Shown one piece after another: positions 10,368 through 20,647 of a stretch of DNA of 64,000 nucleotides. Made by a program: the position numbers and the translations under genes. Under the pieces are notes generated by a model that had not been told where the DNA came from, did not search any database, and saw only the letters and a program-made list of their open reading frames with translations. Source of the DNA: an uncultured Nitrososphaerota archaeon. Its GTDB lineage: Archaea > Thermoproteota > Nitrososphaeria > Nitrososphaerales > Gagatemarchaeaceae. The stretch lies in NCBI GenBank assembly GCA_963718895.1, contig CAVRAG010000008.1, forward strand, positions 1,120,001 through 1,184,000, given 5' to 3'. The first letter of the stretch is position 1. Each line of letters opens with the position of its first letter.

Positions 10368-10497
10368 CTCGACCCTGCGGACGCCGGGCGGGTGCCGGGG
10401 TTGGCCGTGCTCGCAGCGGAAGCAAGGTCGAGCAGCAAGAGCGGGAGGCGACGTTCAGATCGGGGTCACATGAGGGCCGAGAGCGATCTAGGCGGGA

Positions 10498-11641
10498 CTA
10501 GAGCGCGGCCTCACTCATGGCTAGGGTCAACGCTGAGACAAAGAGCCACCACAGAGCTGTCAGCGCCGCCAGCGCCGCTCTCAGGAAGTCGAGTACAGAG
10601 GACGATGGGCCCGTGAAAGCCAGATCGCCCGTTCCATTCTGAGGGCCCGTGGCGGCCGAGGTGACCGGCTCCGTATTCGTGGATGTGGAACTGGACACGG
10701 TCGTGGAAGAGAGGGAGACGCTCGAGGTCGTGCTCGTCGTCGTGACAGCCGTCGTGCTAGTGGAGGTCGTTTCAGAGGCGGGTGACGCTAGCGATCGCGA
10801 CCTCGGCCGCGAAGTAGCTCGGCAGGGTGCCGTAGGGGTTGGGGAGGCGGTCATCGGTGAAGTAGACGTAGCCCACGCGACCCTCCATCGCACGAAGTTC
10901 GCCCGTTGTCGGTTCCCCCGTCCCATAGGAGATGATGGAGAGATTTCCGCTCGTGTAGCCGGGATAGAGGGTCTGGGTCGAGGTGAGGTTGGGAAGCCCA
11001 GAGTGCTCATAGATGACGATAGTGGTCATCGTCCCGAGGTAGCTCGCTGGTACCAGCGTCCCCGCGTTGCCTGCGGTGAACGTGAAGCCCAGCGACCTTG
11101 CGTAAGAGTCGACAGCTGAGTAATACCCGACGTATCCAACCGAGCTAGCCATCTCGTCGAAGAAGATGCCATTGACGTGATACCACGAAAGGTAGTGAAG
11201 CGCATCCGAGTCCACCTGGTTCATCGGCCTCGCGCCATAGCTCGTATGGTCGTATCCGAGCACCGTGATGCCGGCGGCCTCGAGCTGAGCTATTCCCCGG
11301 ACATAGTTTGGGTCTAACGAATTCCCCGGCCCGCTGTCCGGGTTGACAATCGCCACGACCGCGACCGAAGGATTGGCCTGCTCGGCCTGGATGACCGTTC
11401 TCCAGGTGCTGCCGGGATAGGTGTAGAGCGGAATCATGATTCCCGCGCGTGGGGCCGCTGAGGCAGGGGCTGCTCGCGCAACAGGGTAGCAGACGGAACA
11501 GAGGATCACGGCAAGGAGTAGGACTCGAAGGAGCGGTCTCCTGGGTCCTGGTGGACGCGCCTGAATGAAGCTACTCGATGAGTCGTTTCTCGGGACCGGT
11601 GACGGCTTTCCCTCCCTTTGGACTTCTCTTTCCACCCACAT
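10498..11641 (-). CDS. Spherulation-specific family 4 (GH135-like) surface protein; probable 1-nt frameshift near 10781 separates it from its Ser/Thr stalk and TM anchor
   Basis: IPLYTYP, IVNPDSGPG, LGYDHT, GIFFDE, NPYGTLPSY. The alternative frame continues ASETTSTSTT...LAALTALWWLFVSALTL to 10498. Confidence 0.8.
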
Positions 11642-11940
11642 CGCATGTCACCTGTGCCTGCCACCTGTGACTCATCGGCGAGGCAGCGAAGAAAAGAGCA
11701 TCCGAGCAGGTGCTCGCACCTGTGAGCAAATGCGAGCATCCTCTCCCGAGGTTCGAGGCTTCCAAACCCCCAACGGGCACCCAGGGACGAACAATCAGGG
11801 CTATCTGGGAAGCGAGGTTCGGTCGGCTGGTCGAAGGACCCGCCATGCAACTGGGCAACCCGAAGTCCGGTCCCCGCCCGTACTTTGCGGCATTCCGAGT
11901 CGGATGTCCTCCTCGGCTGAACGACCCCATCAGATTCGGC

Positions 11941-11950
11941 TATAAGATAG
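11941..11950 (+). promoter_or_regulatory. TATA box of the interrupted tRNA gene
   Basis: TATAAGATAG starts 30 bp upstream of the tRNA-like 5' end at 11971. Confidence 0.55.
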
Positions 11951-11970
11951 CAGTGAGGTATGCCCGCCGA

Positions 11971-11994
11971 GGGGGCGTAGCCTAGCCAGGTATG
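11971..11994 (+). tRNA. 5' fragment of a tRNA (possibly tRNA-Pro); probable att site, not an intact gene
   Basis: GGGGGCG-TA-GCCT-AGCCAGGTATG gives the acceptor 5' strand, U8A9, D-stem and D-loop GG. No anticodon arm or T-arm follows. Confidence 0.6.
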
Positions 11995-12435
11995 CTATGC
12001 CGTTTATGTCGCCATATCTCTAAATCAGGGACCTTTGAGCCATGGAGCAGGCTACCCTGCGTAGGCTGCCCGAGAGTTGTCCTCCTCGACGAAGTGCATT
12101 CAATTGGCCCCTAGCTCAGTAGTGGCCTTCGGGCGAAGGCCGATACCATCCGCGTAAAGGAGGTCGGTGACAGGCTCGCCGGTTCTCGTCGCAAAATAGT
12201 GACAGAACCACGGCTGAGGGAAGGTATGGTGGTCATCGTAGGCGACAGACGGCGGCTAGGTACTTATGATCCACTTTAAAGCACGACATCAAAGTCGTGC
12301 ATGTTGGGTCCCCTACGAGCTGGTCTCCAAATACAAAACAAGAATTGAAACTGCGGATTAGCTTGGCACTAGTGATTTCTCCCGAACCTCACTCATTACT
12401 ACCAGGCGATTTTACGTTTGAAATCATGACACTCC

Positions 12436-13158
12436 CTAGACCGGAACTCGGGGGTGAGCTTGTTCCGCGACCAAGAAAGAGGTCGAGTTTACTGGAATGC
12501 AGAAGGCGAAGCTCGTTTGTGGGCCTGGCGGTGTAGGGAGGGATTGAGTGTACCTACAGTTTTGCCACGACTCCTCTCCGCTACCGGATGTGAGTGGGAA
12601 CCAAATTGTTATGGTGAAGTTCTGGTTCGATGTGCCAGTGATGTCAATCTGTTGGGTGCAACCCTTGGAGGAAGCAGCCGCTGCGGCACAGTTGAACAAG
12701 TACCCGCCAGAAGAGGAGAAACAAGGCGCAGAGTAATTCATGACCCCGTAGCTTATGCCGCATCCTGGGGCGGCGCCCAAATACACCAGGCCGTACCAGG
12801 TGCTTACTGTCGCGGTTGTTGTTTCAGTGGCGGTGCGGGTCTCTGTCGTGCTGAAGTTGGTTTGGGAGACCACAGTTTCCGTTTGATACGATGTAGTAGT
12901 TGTCGTGTAGTTCGTCCGTAAAGTCAGAGTTTGGGTGGAAGTGGACGTGCTAGTAAGCGTACGTGTGGCCGATAGGGGCGAGATTGCCAAAGAGGCGACC
13001 AAAACCACTAGGACGATTGTGCAGGCCAGTAAGGCTACAACAGTTGACTTGATCCCTCTTCTTCGGCGCGTCAAATCCACGTAAGTGTTGACAATGTCAC
13101 TAATCATAAAGACTTTTGTCAGAATTGATTTCGTTTTGGTCATGGTCGTATTCCTCAA
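12436..13158 (-). CDS. Membrane-anchored Thr-rich, Cys-containing extracellular protein
   Basis: RRRR plus hydrophobic helix, Thr-rich linker, C-terminal domain with 6 Cys. Confidence 0.65.
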   Translation of the reverse strand: MRNTTMTKTKSILTKVFMISDIVNTYVDLTRRRRGIKSTVVALLACTIVLVVLVASLAISPLSATRTLTSTSTSTQTLTLRTNYTTTTTSYQTETVVSQTNFSTTETRTATETTTATVSTWYGLVYLGAAPGCGISYGVMNYSAPCFSSSGGYLFNCAAAAASSKGCTQQIDITGTSNQNFTITIWFPLTSGSGEESWQNCRYTQSLPTPPGPQTSFAFCIPVNSTSFLVAEQAHPRVPV

Positions 13159-13230
13159 TCGTAACTTGATTATTTGGTTCCCATGTCAGCAGATAAGAGA
13201 TCATGAAACCACCTGCTTAGGGAGGCCAGG

Positions 13231-14229
13231 CTAGTTGCTTTGACCAAAATCCATGTAGCCTGATCCAGCCGAACAGCTCCCGCTATTGAGTGTGAGGTTG
13301 TTCGACTCTCCTGTGTATCCACCACCATTACAAGTTGCCGTGTCCGAGTTACCATTCAAGTCCCACAAATGGACTTCCACGTACATATATGTCCCGGTGT
13401 TAAATTCTGCTCGGCTCCCTCCTGCAATACCAAACACATTGAATTCACTATATGTCCAATTGCTTGAAGCCAAATTCATGAAGTCCGTAACGGTATTCGT
13501 CCAGCATGTATCTGTGGAGAAGTCGCACATCTTCGAAATGTCATTTCCGTTCTGGCCCGTAATCCCCTCTAGCAGCACACTACCCAAGTGAGTAGGTAAT
13601 TCCGTCGAAGTCGTCGTTGGGCTACTGCTTGCCGCATAGCAACTGGTTTCGCTTCCTACCGTATATGGAGTCCAACTAGTCACTCCGGTTGGGCTACTCG
13701 ATGGGCATGATCCGTGCACGGTGTAATAGTCTATCAAGACGTACTCCATGAATAACGAACCCTCATTTGTGCCCGAACCAAAATTTTGGAAGACGAATTG
13801 CTGCCATGCAGTTACGGTGCCGCTCGTATATGAGGTAGTTGTCGACCAATGGTTGGTGTTTACCTGAAGACTGTATAGGTCGGAGCCTGACGTGTTGTCA
13901 GTTTCTGAAGTCAGGCCGGTGATTCCGCTGAAAAGCCCCTCAGTCTCGCCAATGGCATTCGACGCACCAGCGACCTTATCAACTCCATTTCCGACGACAG
14001 TGAGGGTCGATGAAGGAGTGCCACATGCTGCGGCGCTCCAAGTAGTACTGGGATAACTGATAGAGGAGCAACCTTCGTTCGCTGGGTTAGTCTGGAGCGC
14101 TAGTTGCTCCCATTCGGATTTGGTAATCGTAGTTGCGGACGCCGACAGAACAGGCATACCTACCAAGAGAATTACAAACGCCATTACGGTGAACCTTCCT
14201 AACTTCGTCCCGTATCCCAAGCGGCTCAT
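13231..14229 (-). CDS. Secreted Cys/Ser/Thr-rich beta-protein (paralogue of 38919..40001)
   Basis: Signal peptide, pro-like segment, GNGVD, YSLQVNTN, WQQFVF, EFNVFG and YTGESNNLTL motifs. ATG at 14229 lies 24-30 bp below a TATA. Confidence 0.75.
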   Translation of the reverse strand: MSRLGYGTKLGRFTVMAFVILLVGMPVLSASATTITKSEWEQLALQTNPANEGCSSISYPSTTWSAAACGTPSSTLTVVGNGVDKVAGASNAIGETEGLFSGITGLTSETDNTSGSDLYSLQVNTNHWSTTTSYTSGTVTAWQQFVFQNFGSGTNEGSLFMEYVLIDYYTVHGSCPSSSPTGVTSWTPYTVGSETSCYAASSSPTTTSTELPTHLGSVLLEGITGQNGNDISKMCDFSTDTCWTNTVTDFMNLASSNWTYSEFNVFGIAGGSRAEFNTGTYMYVEVHLWDLNGNSDTATCNGGGYTGESNNLTLNSGSCSAGSGYMDFGQSN

Positions 14230-14264
14230 GTGATTTCTGTGATTCACAATTCCTATTTATTACC

Positions 14265-14278
14265 GTGGCTTACAATGT
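14265..14278 (-). promoter_or_regulatory. Conserved 14-bp box upstream of TATA (copy 1)
   Basis: GTGGCTTACAATGT is identical at 40036-40049; in both cases it is 5-6 bp from CTATTTA (minus-strand TAAATAG). Confidence 0.6.
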
Positions 14279-14320
14279 AGAACAAGTGCTTGAAGTTGCA
14301 GTAGTGCTTCACAGGACGGA

Positions 14321-14335
14321 TTGAAATTATTTCAA
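14321..14335. promoter_or_regulatory. Perfect palindrome, candidate operator
   Basis: TTGAAAT-T-ATTTCAA lies in the gap between divergent genes. Confidence 0.4.
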
Positions 14336-14470
14336 ATCCACGCATCCTTGTGACCAAATCTTCAGAAATGGTTAAACGCAATATGATGAGTATCGGTCGA
14401 AGAAAAATTCGTTTGGAATAAACCTCATTAGAAAGCTCATAAATGCTCTTATGTGCATCTTACGTAGTAG

Positions 14471-14884
14471 CAGCGGAAGACCCAAACCAAGGCCTTTCGG
14501 TTCGATGTCAGCTCACTTGAGAGACGAGAGAAAGCAGCCATGCATGTTCGTATGATCAAGAATGACTTCATGAGCATGATGCTGGCCGACAGGCTTTTCA
14601 TCGATCCGATTGTCAGGGCTTTCACGAGATCAGCTTCAGCGATGAGACCTTCCTGTTTATTCTAGGCAGCGCTGACACAGACGCGCTGGAGATGACAGGC
14701 TCCGAGATGGCAAGAAAGCATTTTCCGCTGGCGCCCGAACTATACAGGAGTAATAGGCACCCTCTGGCGTTCAGGGAATTCGTTACAGAGGTTCTGGGAA
14801 AGCACGCCGGCTGGTCTTATGTGGAAGTCCACGGCAAGGAACTGAGTGGACCACGCTGAGGCATCCCTTTGGCCGCGGAACTGA
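14471..14884 (+). pseudogene. Degenerate copy of the RHH-family regulator at 14943..15482
   Basis: QRKTQTKAFRFDV...DRLFIDPIVRAF, a frameshift near 14621, then HEISFSDETF...AFREFVTEVLGKHAGW. No start codon. Confidence 0.75.
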
Positions 14885-14942
14885 CGTAGGGATTATTGAA
14901 CGACAAGAATCTTAATTAGCGAGTCCACAAATATCTTACTGC

Positions 14943-15482
14943 ATGTCCATGGAAACGAGAAGGACGAAAACGAAGACCTTCCGTTTTGACGTTGACTTGA
15001 TTGAGGCATTGGGGAGAAGCGCGAAGCGCGCACAAATGACTGAGAATGCTTTCTTGAGTGAAATGCTGAAAGATCGTGTTATGATTGACCCTCTCTTTCC
15101 AGCATTTGAGGAACTCAGGCTAAGCACTGACATGTTTCGTACTATCCTAAGTGCCACCAATGCAGATGTATTGGAAGCCGTAGCTTCGGAGACTGCGCAG
15201 AAGAATGCGCAGCTGATTCGCGAGCTCTATGAGAGCAATGACCGTGCCCTGACCTTACAAGAATTCATAACCGAAGTGCTAGCGAGCCATTCACATTGGT
15301 TCCACATCGAGGGCAACTACAAGTCGTCTCATCGTTCCATGACCTTGCGCCACACCTTCGGCTTGAAATGGTCAACTTTTGTCAGAGCATATGTTAGCAG
15401 TACACATGATGTCTTCTCAAAAGACAAGATCAAGATTGATGTGGCGGATCAATTTGTCCGGATAGAGTGGACGCCAACGTAG
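14943..15482 (+). CDS. Ribbon-helix-helix-type regulator with C-terminal domain (thaumarchaeal family)
   Basis: TKTKTFRFDVDLIEALGRSAKRAQMTENAFLSEML has an RHH pattern; C-terminal HTFGLKWS motif is shared with 4 other copies in the window. Confidence 0.75.
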   Translation: MSMETRRTKTKTFRFDVDLIEALGRSAKRAQMTENAFLSEMLKDRVMIDPLFPAFEELRLSTDMFRTILSATNADVLEAVASETAQKNAQLIRELYESNDRALTLQEFITEVLASHSHWFHIEGNYKSSHRSMTLRHTFGLKWSTFVRAYVSSTHDVFSKDKIKIDVADQFVRIEWTPT

Positions 15483-15696
15483 AGAGTTGAAGGACATAGT
15501 TACGCAACAGGCAAATCAAACGGTCCGGGCAATGATGCAGGTGGTCCAAGACTGCCTGCAAGTCGAAATCTCACTAACTAGTTGCGCCTAGCTGTCCTGC
15601 CTTGCATCCTCGACGCCAAGAACTCGCGTTCTTGCCAGACACATCGCGCCGAGCCGAGTGGGGCCACCAGACCTCTACTCGTCCTCTCGTAAGTTC

Positions 15697-15873
15697 ATGG
15701 TCGTTTTAGACTACGCGGCGTGGAACATTTTCGTGGCCATGGCGGGGGGCTTTGCGATTCTCTACATGGCAATGCTGATAATACTAAGTAGCGGCCCTGG
15801 TGAAACTCGCAAGCTGAAGGTTGCGCAAGACGATAATCCCTCCATACATGAGTTCTCCCCCACACCGGCCTAA
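15697..15873 (+). CDS. Small single-TM protein (copy 1)
   Basis: MVVLDYAAWNIFVAMAGGFAILYMAMLIIL...; a paralogue lies at 25530. Confidence 0.55.
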   Translation: MVVLDYAAWNIFVAMAGGFAILYMAMLIILSSGPGETRKLKVAQDDNPSIHEFSPTPA

Positions 15874-16003
15874 AGTCGTCTGAATTTGCAGGGTAGACGG
15901 TTCGAAGGTCCAAATGAGGTCCAGAAGCCCTGCAATCTGCGTCTCTTAAAACTCAGGTGAATCTGAGAGAAGGGAGGAAAGGTTTAGAAAAAAGGGCAAC
16001 ATC

Positions 16004-17056
16004 TTGACCGTCATGGGTGCCAGCGCTAGGCAGGTTCAAACTAGGAAGTCCATGCGCGAGGCACCCTTGAAAGTGGGACTTACCTACGACACGCGGGACG
16101 ACTTCAAGTTCGTCAGTGATGAGCCAGACGACTGGGATGCAGAGTTCGAGGTCTCAACGGCGATAGACGACATCGCTCATGCCATAGAAGACGGAGGTCA
16201 CGAAGCCGTCTTCATCGGAAGCGGCAGGAAACTGCTGGAGAACTTCCATCACTTCGAAAGCTCGGTCGACGTCGTATTCAACATAGCTGAAGGCTACTTC
16301 GGGAGAGCCCGGGAGGCACAGATCCCCGCCATGCTCGAACTGGCCGGGGTCCCCTACGTCGGTTCCGACAGCTACGCTCTCGCTCTTGCGGCGAACAAGT
16401 GGCACACAAAGGTCCTGGCACTGAACTACGGCGTCAGGACCCCGGCATTCGAGGTCGTTCACACGGCCGATGAACTCGACACACTCGGTCTGAAGTATCC
16501 GGTGATTCCAAAGTTGTGTTACGAGGGCAGCAGCAAAGGACTGAGAGCCGATTCGGTAGCCCACGACAAGATAGAGTTGACGCGCCTGACGCGGTATCTG
16601 CTTCGGTCGTACAAGCAGCCAGTGATAATCGAGGAGTTCATCGAAGGAAAGGAAGTCGACGTGCCGATGATCGGTACCTCCCCTTCGAGTGCGTTTGGCG
16701 TCGTCGGACTCACACTTGATGGCAGTCTCGACCTGAACGAGCGGTTTCTCACTTCGAGCATAGTTCGAGCCGACGGGTACGGGTTCAGATTCCCGCTGGA
16801 TGAACCGTATGTCGGAGAAGTGGAGAGAGGTGCGGTCAAGATTTACAATCTGCTGGAATGCAAGGATTTTGGACGGATAGACATGAGAATCAGCAGGGAA
16901 GGCACACCATATCTCCTTGAAGTAAACCCATACCCATTCCTGGGAAAGCACAGCAGCTTCAACGCGATAGCGGAATCGACCATCGGCTACACCAGGATGA
17001 TAGGGATGATCCTCGAAAGCGCCCTTCGCAGGTACAGCCTGAAGCCGGTGCCCTAG
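16004..17056 (+). CDS. ATP-grasp ligase, D-Ala-D-Ala ligase-like
   Basis: VFNIAEG, REAQIPAMLE, YEGSSKG, EEFIEGKE, GRIDMR and LEVNPYP motifs. Confidence 0.88.
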   Translation: MTVMGASARQVQTRKSMREAPLKVGLTYDTRDDFKFVSDEPDDWDAEFEVSTAIDDIAHAIEDGGHEAVFIGSGRKLLENFHHFESSVDVVFNIAEGYFGRAREAQIPAMLELAGVPYVGSDSYALALAANKWHTKVLALNYGVRTPAFEVVHTADELDTLGLKYPVIPKLCYEGSSKGLRADSVAHDKIELTRLTRYLLRSYKQPVIIEEFIEGKEVDVPMIGTSPSSAFGVVGLTLDGSLDLNERFLTSSIVRADGYGFRFPLDEPYVGEVERGAVKIYNLLECKDFGRIDMRISREGTPYLLEVNPYPFLGKHSSFNAIAESTIGYTRMIGMILESALRRYSLKPVP

Positions 17057-19538
17057 TCCAGGAAATGTATGTCGCAGGGGTAGTAGCCGAGCTCGTAGAA
17101 CCATTTCTGGGGGCGGTTTGTGAGAAGATCTGGTTCGACGTCTCGACATCCTTCATTCCCTCCGTTTCCTTCCCAAGTCTTGAGAGGATTGTCCCCCTCA
17201 GTCTCAGTCGCTTGCCATGGACGAGGGACGTGTCTCCTTTCCACTCGTTGGGAGGATACTTCTCGACCCATTCCAGAGCCTCACGATACCTCCCCATCGC
17301 CAGCAGGACGGTCGACAGATTGAAGGCGAAGTAGTCTTGGATCAGCGGTTCCCCCGACCTTTCGACGAGCGGAATCAACCTCGCCAAGATCTCGAAGCTC
17401 TCCGTGTACTCACCTCGCAAGCTGTAAATCATGGCGATGTTGGTGAGGATGCAGATTCTGTCGAAGTCCTCGGTTGCTTTGCTCTCGGCCTCGCTTAGGA
17501 CATCGTAGGCATTGTCGAGCCGCTTCATCTGCGTGTAAACGATCCCCAGGTTGTTGAGAGGGGCATCTATCTCATAGGAGTCGATTTTGCGGTATATCAC
17601 AAGCGCCTGGGACAGGTTGGACTCTGCAGACTCGAATTGGCCCAAGTACAGTTGTTCTGCACCCATGTTATTGAAGGACCGAGCCAGCTCGATTGTTGAG
17701 TCGCTCTGCCTGAATACATTGATGGCTTGAGTTATCATGTCCACCGCCCGTCTCGAATCATAGATCATCCCAGACTTCCTCTGCAACACCGCCAACCCTG
17801 TAAGGTCTCTCACGAGATTGAAGGCCTTCTGACTCTCCCCGTAGTAATCCTTCGCCTGCTCATGGTTTCCGAAGTGGTCGGCCAAGGTGGACAGGATTGA
17901 ATACGTCGAACCCCTCATGTGCTGATTCTGGGTCTTCTCGAACACTCGTGCTGCGACTTCGAGGTGTTCTCTTCCTCTCTCGCTGGCTTCGATGGTGCCG
18001 ATAAAGCGGCAGCACTTCCCGGCCAGAAGGTGAGATTGAGCGAATTGCTCAGTCTCGAGAGTGCATCTCTTGATCGCGGACAAGGAGTGAGCAAAGGCGT
18101 CGCCGAACAACCCGCTCGAGAACTCTGCGGTTGCGAGCTCCAGCAAGAGTGAGGCTTCCGAAAGGGGCTCGATCCTGACCTTCCCACTCTCGACCATGAA
18201 CAAGCAGCTTCGTAGGTAGTTTACCGCACTGCCGAACGAGAGGTTCCTTGTCGACATCTCGGCAGCGTTCCGATACAGCGGAAAGGCGGTGTAGTAGTTG
18301 CCGGCCATCTCATAGTGATAGGCCGTCAGTTGCGGTTCGTCAGCGGTCCTTCCAATCCTGTCGTAGTATTCGGCAACTTCACGGTGCTGGTCCCTTGCGA
18401 GGGAGCCTTGAGAGGCGAGGATGACCTCTCTGGTGGTATCGTGGTCGAACTCGCAAGAGTCGGGCGATTCCGTCTCACGGATGATCCCGTAATCAGAGTC
18501 GACCTGTTCGAGAATGTGCTTCACCTTCAGAGCTTGGAGGCCCGAGATGAACGCCACATCCTCGACCGAGAACCGCCTTCCCAGCATCGCGGCGTAGTCC
18601 AGCACCAGACGAGCGTCTCCGCTCTCCTTCTGAATCTGCAAGAGCTGGTTACCCACGAAACTCCGGAGTTCAGCGGGCAAAGCCTTCGGGAGTGCGTCCG
18701 AACCTCTCATCTCCTTGATTGTCTTCACGATGTACAGGGGGTTGCCGCCGGTACGCTCGACGAGCACGTTCACGTTCCGGCCCTCGATCCTCCCTCGGGA
18801 CATCTGCTTGACGAGTTGTGCGGACGAACGAACGCGGAGCGGCTCGAGATGTACGAAGGTTGAACCGACGTGACTAGCCATCGCTTCAATTATCGCAGCG
18901 TTACCCTTTTCTCGCTCAAACGTAGCGCTCTTCTCCCTGAAGCACAGGACCGCCAACACTCTAATCTTGGCTATGTTGTCGATCAGGTAGCCGAGGGCCT
19001 CAAGGGAGGAAGAGTCGAACCTCTGGGCGTCGTCGAAGAATGCCACGATGGGCCTCTTCTTGGAGACCTTCTCGAACAACGCGAAGAAGACGTTTCTTAC
19101 GTAGAGGGAGTTCGAGATCTGTCTCACGTCGGTCGAGGACAATCCTGCGACGCTTTTGGCTAAGTTGACCCCGATGTCAACGTACTGGCCAATCGAAGGC
19201 ATTAGCACAGCGAGGTTCGCCAGTGTCGAAGCCACCTGTTTCCCTCGATCGCGGCTGGTCGTGGTTTTGAGGAGCCCTTCCAGCATCTCTCCCAGGGCCG
19301 AATAGGGGCCCGTCGCGTATTCTCGGCCCACCGCCCGGACGACGAAGGCAGACTCTTGATTCACCTCTCCGAGGAACCTGGCTGCAAGCGCTGTCTTCCC
19401 CACCCCGGGCTCGCCGTTAATGAAGACCGCCCTTCCGATTCCTGTTTGAATAACCTCAGCGAGAGCTTCGTTTAGAATCGAGAGTGGTTCCTCTCTGTCG
19501 ACGAAGATGTCCTCGGTTTCCGTCCGCACTCTGGACAA
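17053..19538 (-). CDS. STAND-class (AAA_16-like) P-loop ATPase with C-terminal TPR array; probable 1-nt frameshift near 17120
   Basis: FVDREE, Walker A GEPGVGKT, Walker B FFDDAQ, GGNPLY, FDHD, then TPRs (ARSFNNMG, LNNLG). The shifted frame ends NRPQKWFYELGYYPCDIHFLD* at 17053. Confidence 0.85.
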
Positions 19539-19626
19539 CTGGCGTTTCGAGGCAGCGGGTGGTTATATTTGGCTTACCAATCATAATCACCGCCCGCTTT
19601 AGTCACGTCTTCTAGATGGGTCAGAG

Positions 19627-20058
19627 ATGCTTCAAAAAATCGAGATTCGGCCGGTTGAACTGTATGACGCTGTTCCGCTCCTGCGGCTGGAAGCGAGATG
19701 CTTCGGGATGAGGTATTCGTCGAATTCGCTGTATTACTGGCGACCGATACTCGATTACTGCTGGGCCTACAAGGCCGCCCGAGACGACGAGATTCTTGGC
19801 GGAGTGATAGCAATGCCGACTCGGCAAGGGAAGGTGTACATCAACTCACTTTTCGTTCATCCTCGAATGCGAGGGTTGGGCATCGGGTCCCAACTCTTGG
19901 GAACAGTCCTCGGGTTGCCTGCCATTGGTTTCGTTCTGGATGTCAAAGTTGACAAGAGACGACTAATCGAGATGTACCAGAGGCATGGATTCAAGATCAT
20001 TAGGAACGAGACAAACTACTACCTGGACGGGTCGGACAGAGTTGTAATGGAAAGGTAG
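19627..20058 (+). CDS. GNAT N-acetyltransferase (RimI-like)
   Basis: LFVHPRMRGLGIGSQLL acetyl-CoA motif A; MYQRHGF; NYYLDGSD. Confidence 0.9.
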   Translation: MLQKIEIRPVELYDAVPLLRLEARCFGMRYSSNSLYYWRPILDYCWAYKAARDDEILGGVIAMPTRQGKVYINSLFVHPRMRGLGIGSQLLGTVLGLPAIGFVLDVKVDKRRLIEMYQRHGFKIIRNETNYYLDGSDRVVMER

Positions 20059-20121
20059 CTGTAAGACTTGGGTTCATGGCCCTTCATCTTCGCGGTTCAA
20101 TGCAAACGCGTTCGAGAGACC

Positions 20122-20484
20122 TTACCCAAGTTTCCCGTCATTTTCGGGAAAGGTATGGCTGTCATTGCAACCGTTGGACGGCGGTTCGGTGTTTATCCGC
20201 AGTGAAGCTGGGTTGGATTTCCAACTAGCGCGCCGGTGTGGATTACGGCCGCCGACAAAGACTAGCATCATCCCAAGAATACTAAGGGCGACGGAAAGTC
20301 CAAAGACCCAGCCAGAGTAGGCAAGACTTGAGACTGAGCTTGGCCCGAGGTAACTTTGAGGAGAGCTCCGGAGGCTGACCGATCCCGTCGCAACTACCAA
20401 AGCGAACAGGATCATGGCGACACCGCAAGCCAACTCTAACTTCCAACTATACTCGTTGATTCCCGTTTCGTGTTTCAAACTCAA
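20122..20484 (-). CDS. Two-TM membrane protein
   Basis: Two hydrophobic helices; TATA-like TAAATA upstream. Confidence 0.5.
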   Translation of the reverse strand: MSLKHETGINEYSWKLELACGVAMILFALVVATGSVSLRSSPQSYLGPSSVSSLAYSGWVFGLSVALSILGMMLVFVGGRNPHRRASWKSNPASLRINTEPPSNGCNDSHTFPENDGKLG

Positions 20485-20647
20485 TCATCTAGCCCGCGCT
20501 TGGAGGGAAGTATTTACGTCTAACTTGAGACGGGCAGATGCCATCGTGCTGTCTAAAACTATTGGGGTGAGGTCGCCTCTCGCCAAGTTCGACCTCAGCT
20601 TGATTCATCACTTGGCGGCGAGACCTTCTCGACTACCCACGCAATCA

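Noticed and set aside
11640-11940. GC-rich intergenic region with a TGCTCGCA...TGCGAGCA hairpin, as RNase P or SRP RNA
   Set aside because: Lacks the RNase P GAGGAAAGUCC-type and SRP helix-8 motifs; the overlapping ORFs have no recognisable features.
12106-12140. tRNA-like GGCCCCTAGCTCAGT followed by hairpin GGCCTTCG-GG-CGAAGGCC
   Set aside because: No D-stem partner, anticodon arm or T-arm; too short to call.
16004-17056. True ddl for cell-wall synthesis
   Set aside because: Archaeal context with no mur genes; only the ATP-grasp fold is supported.
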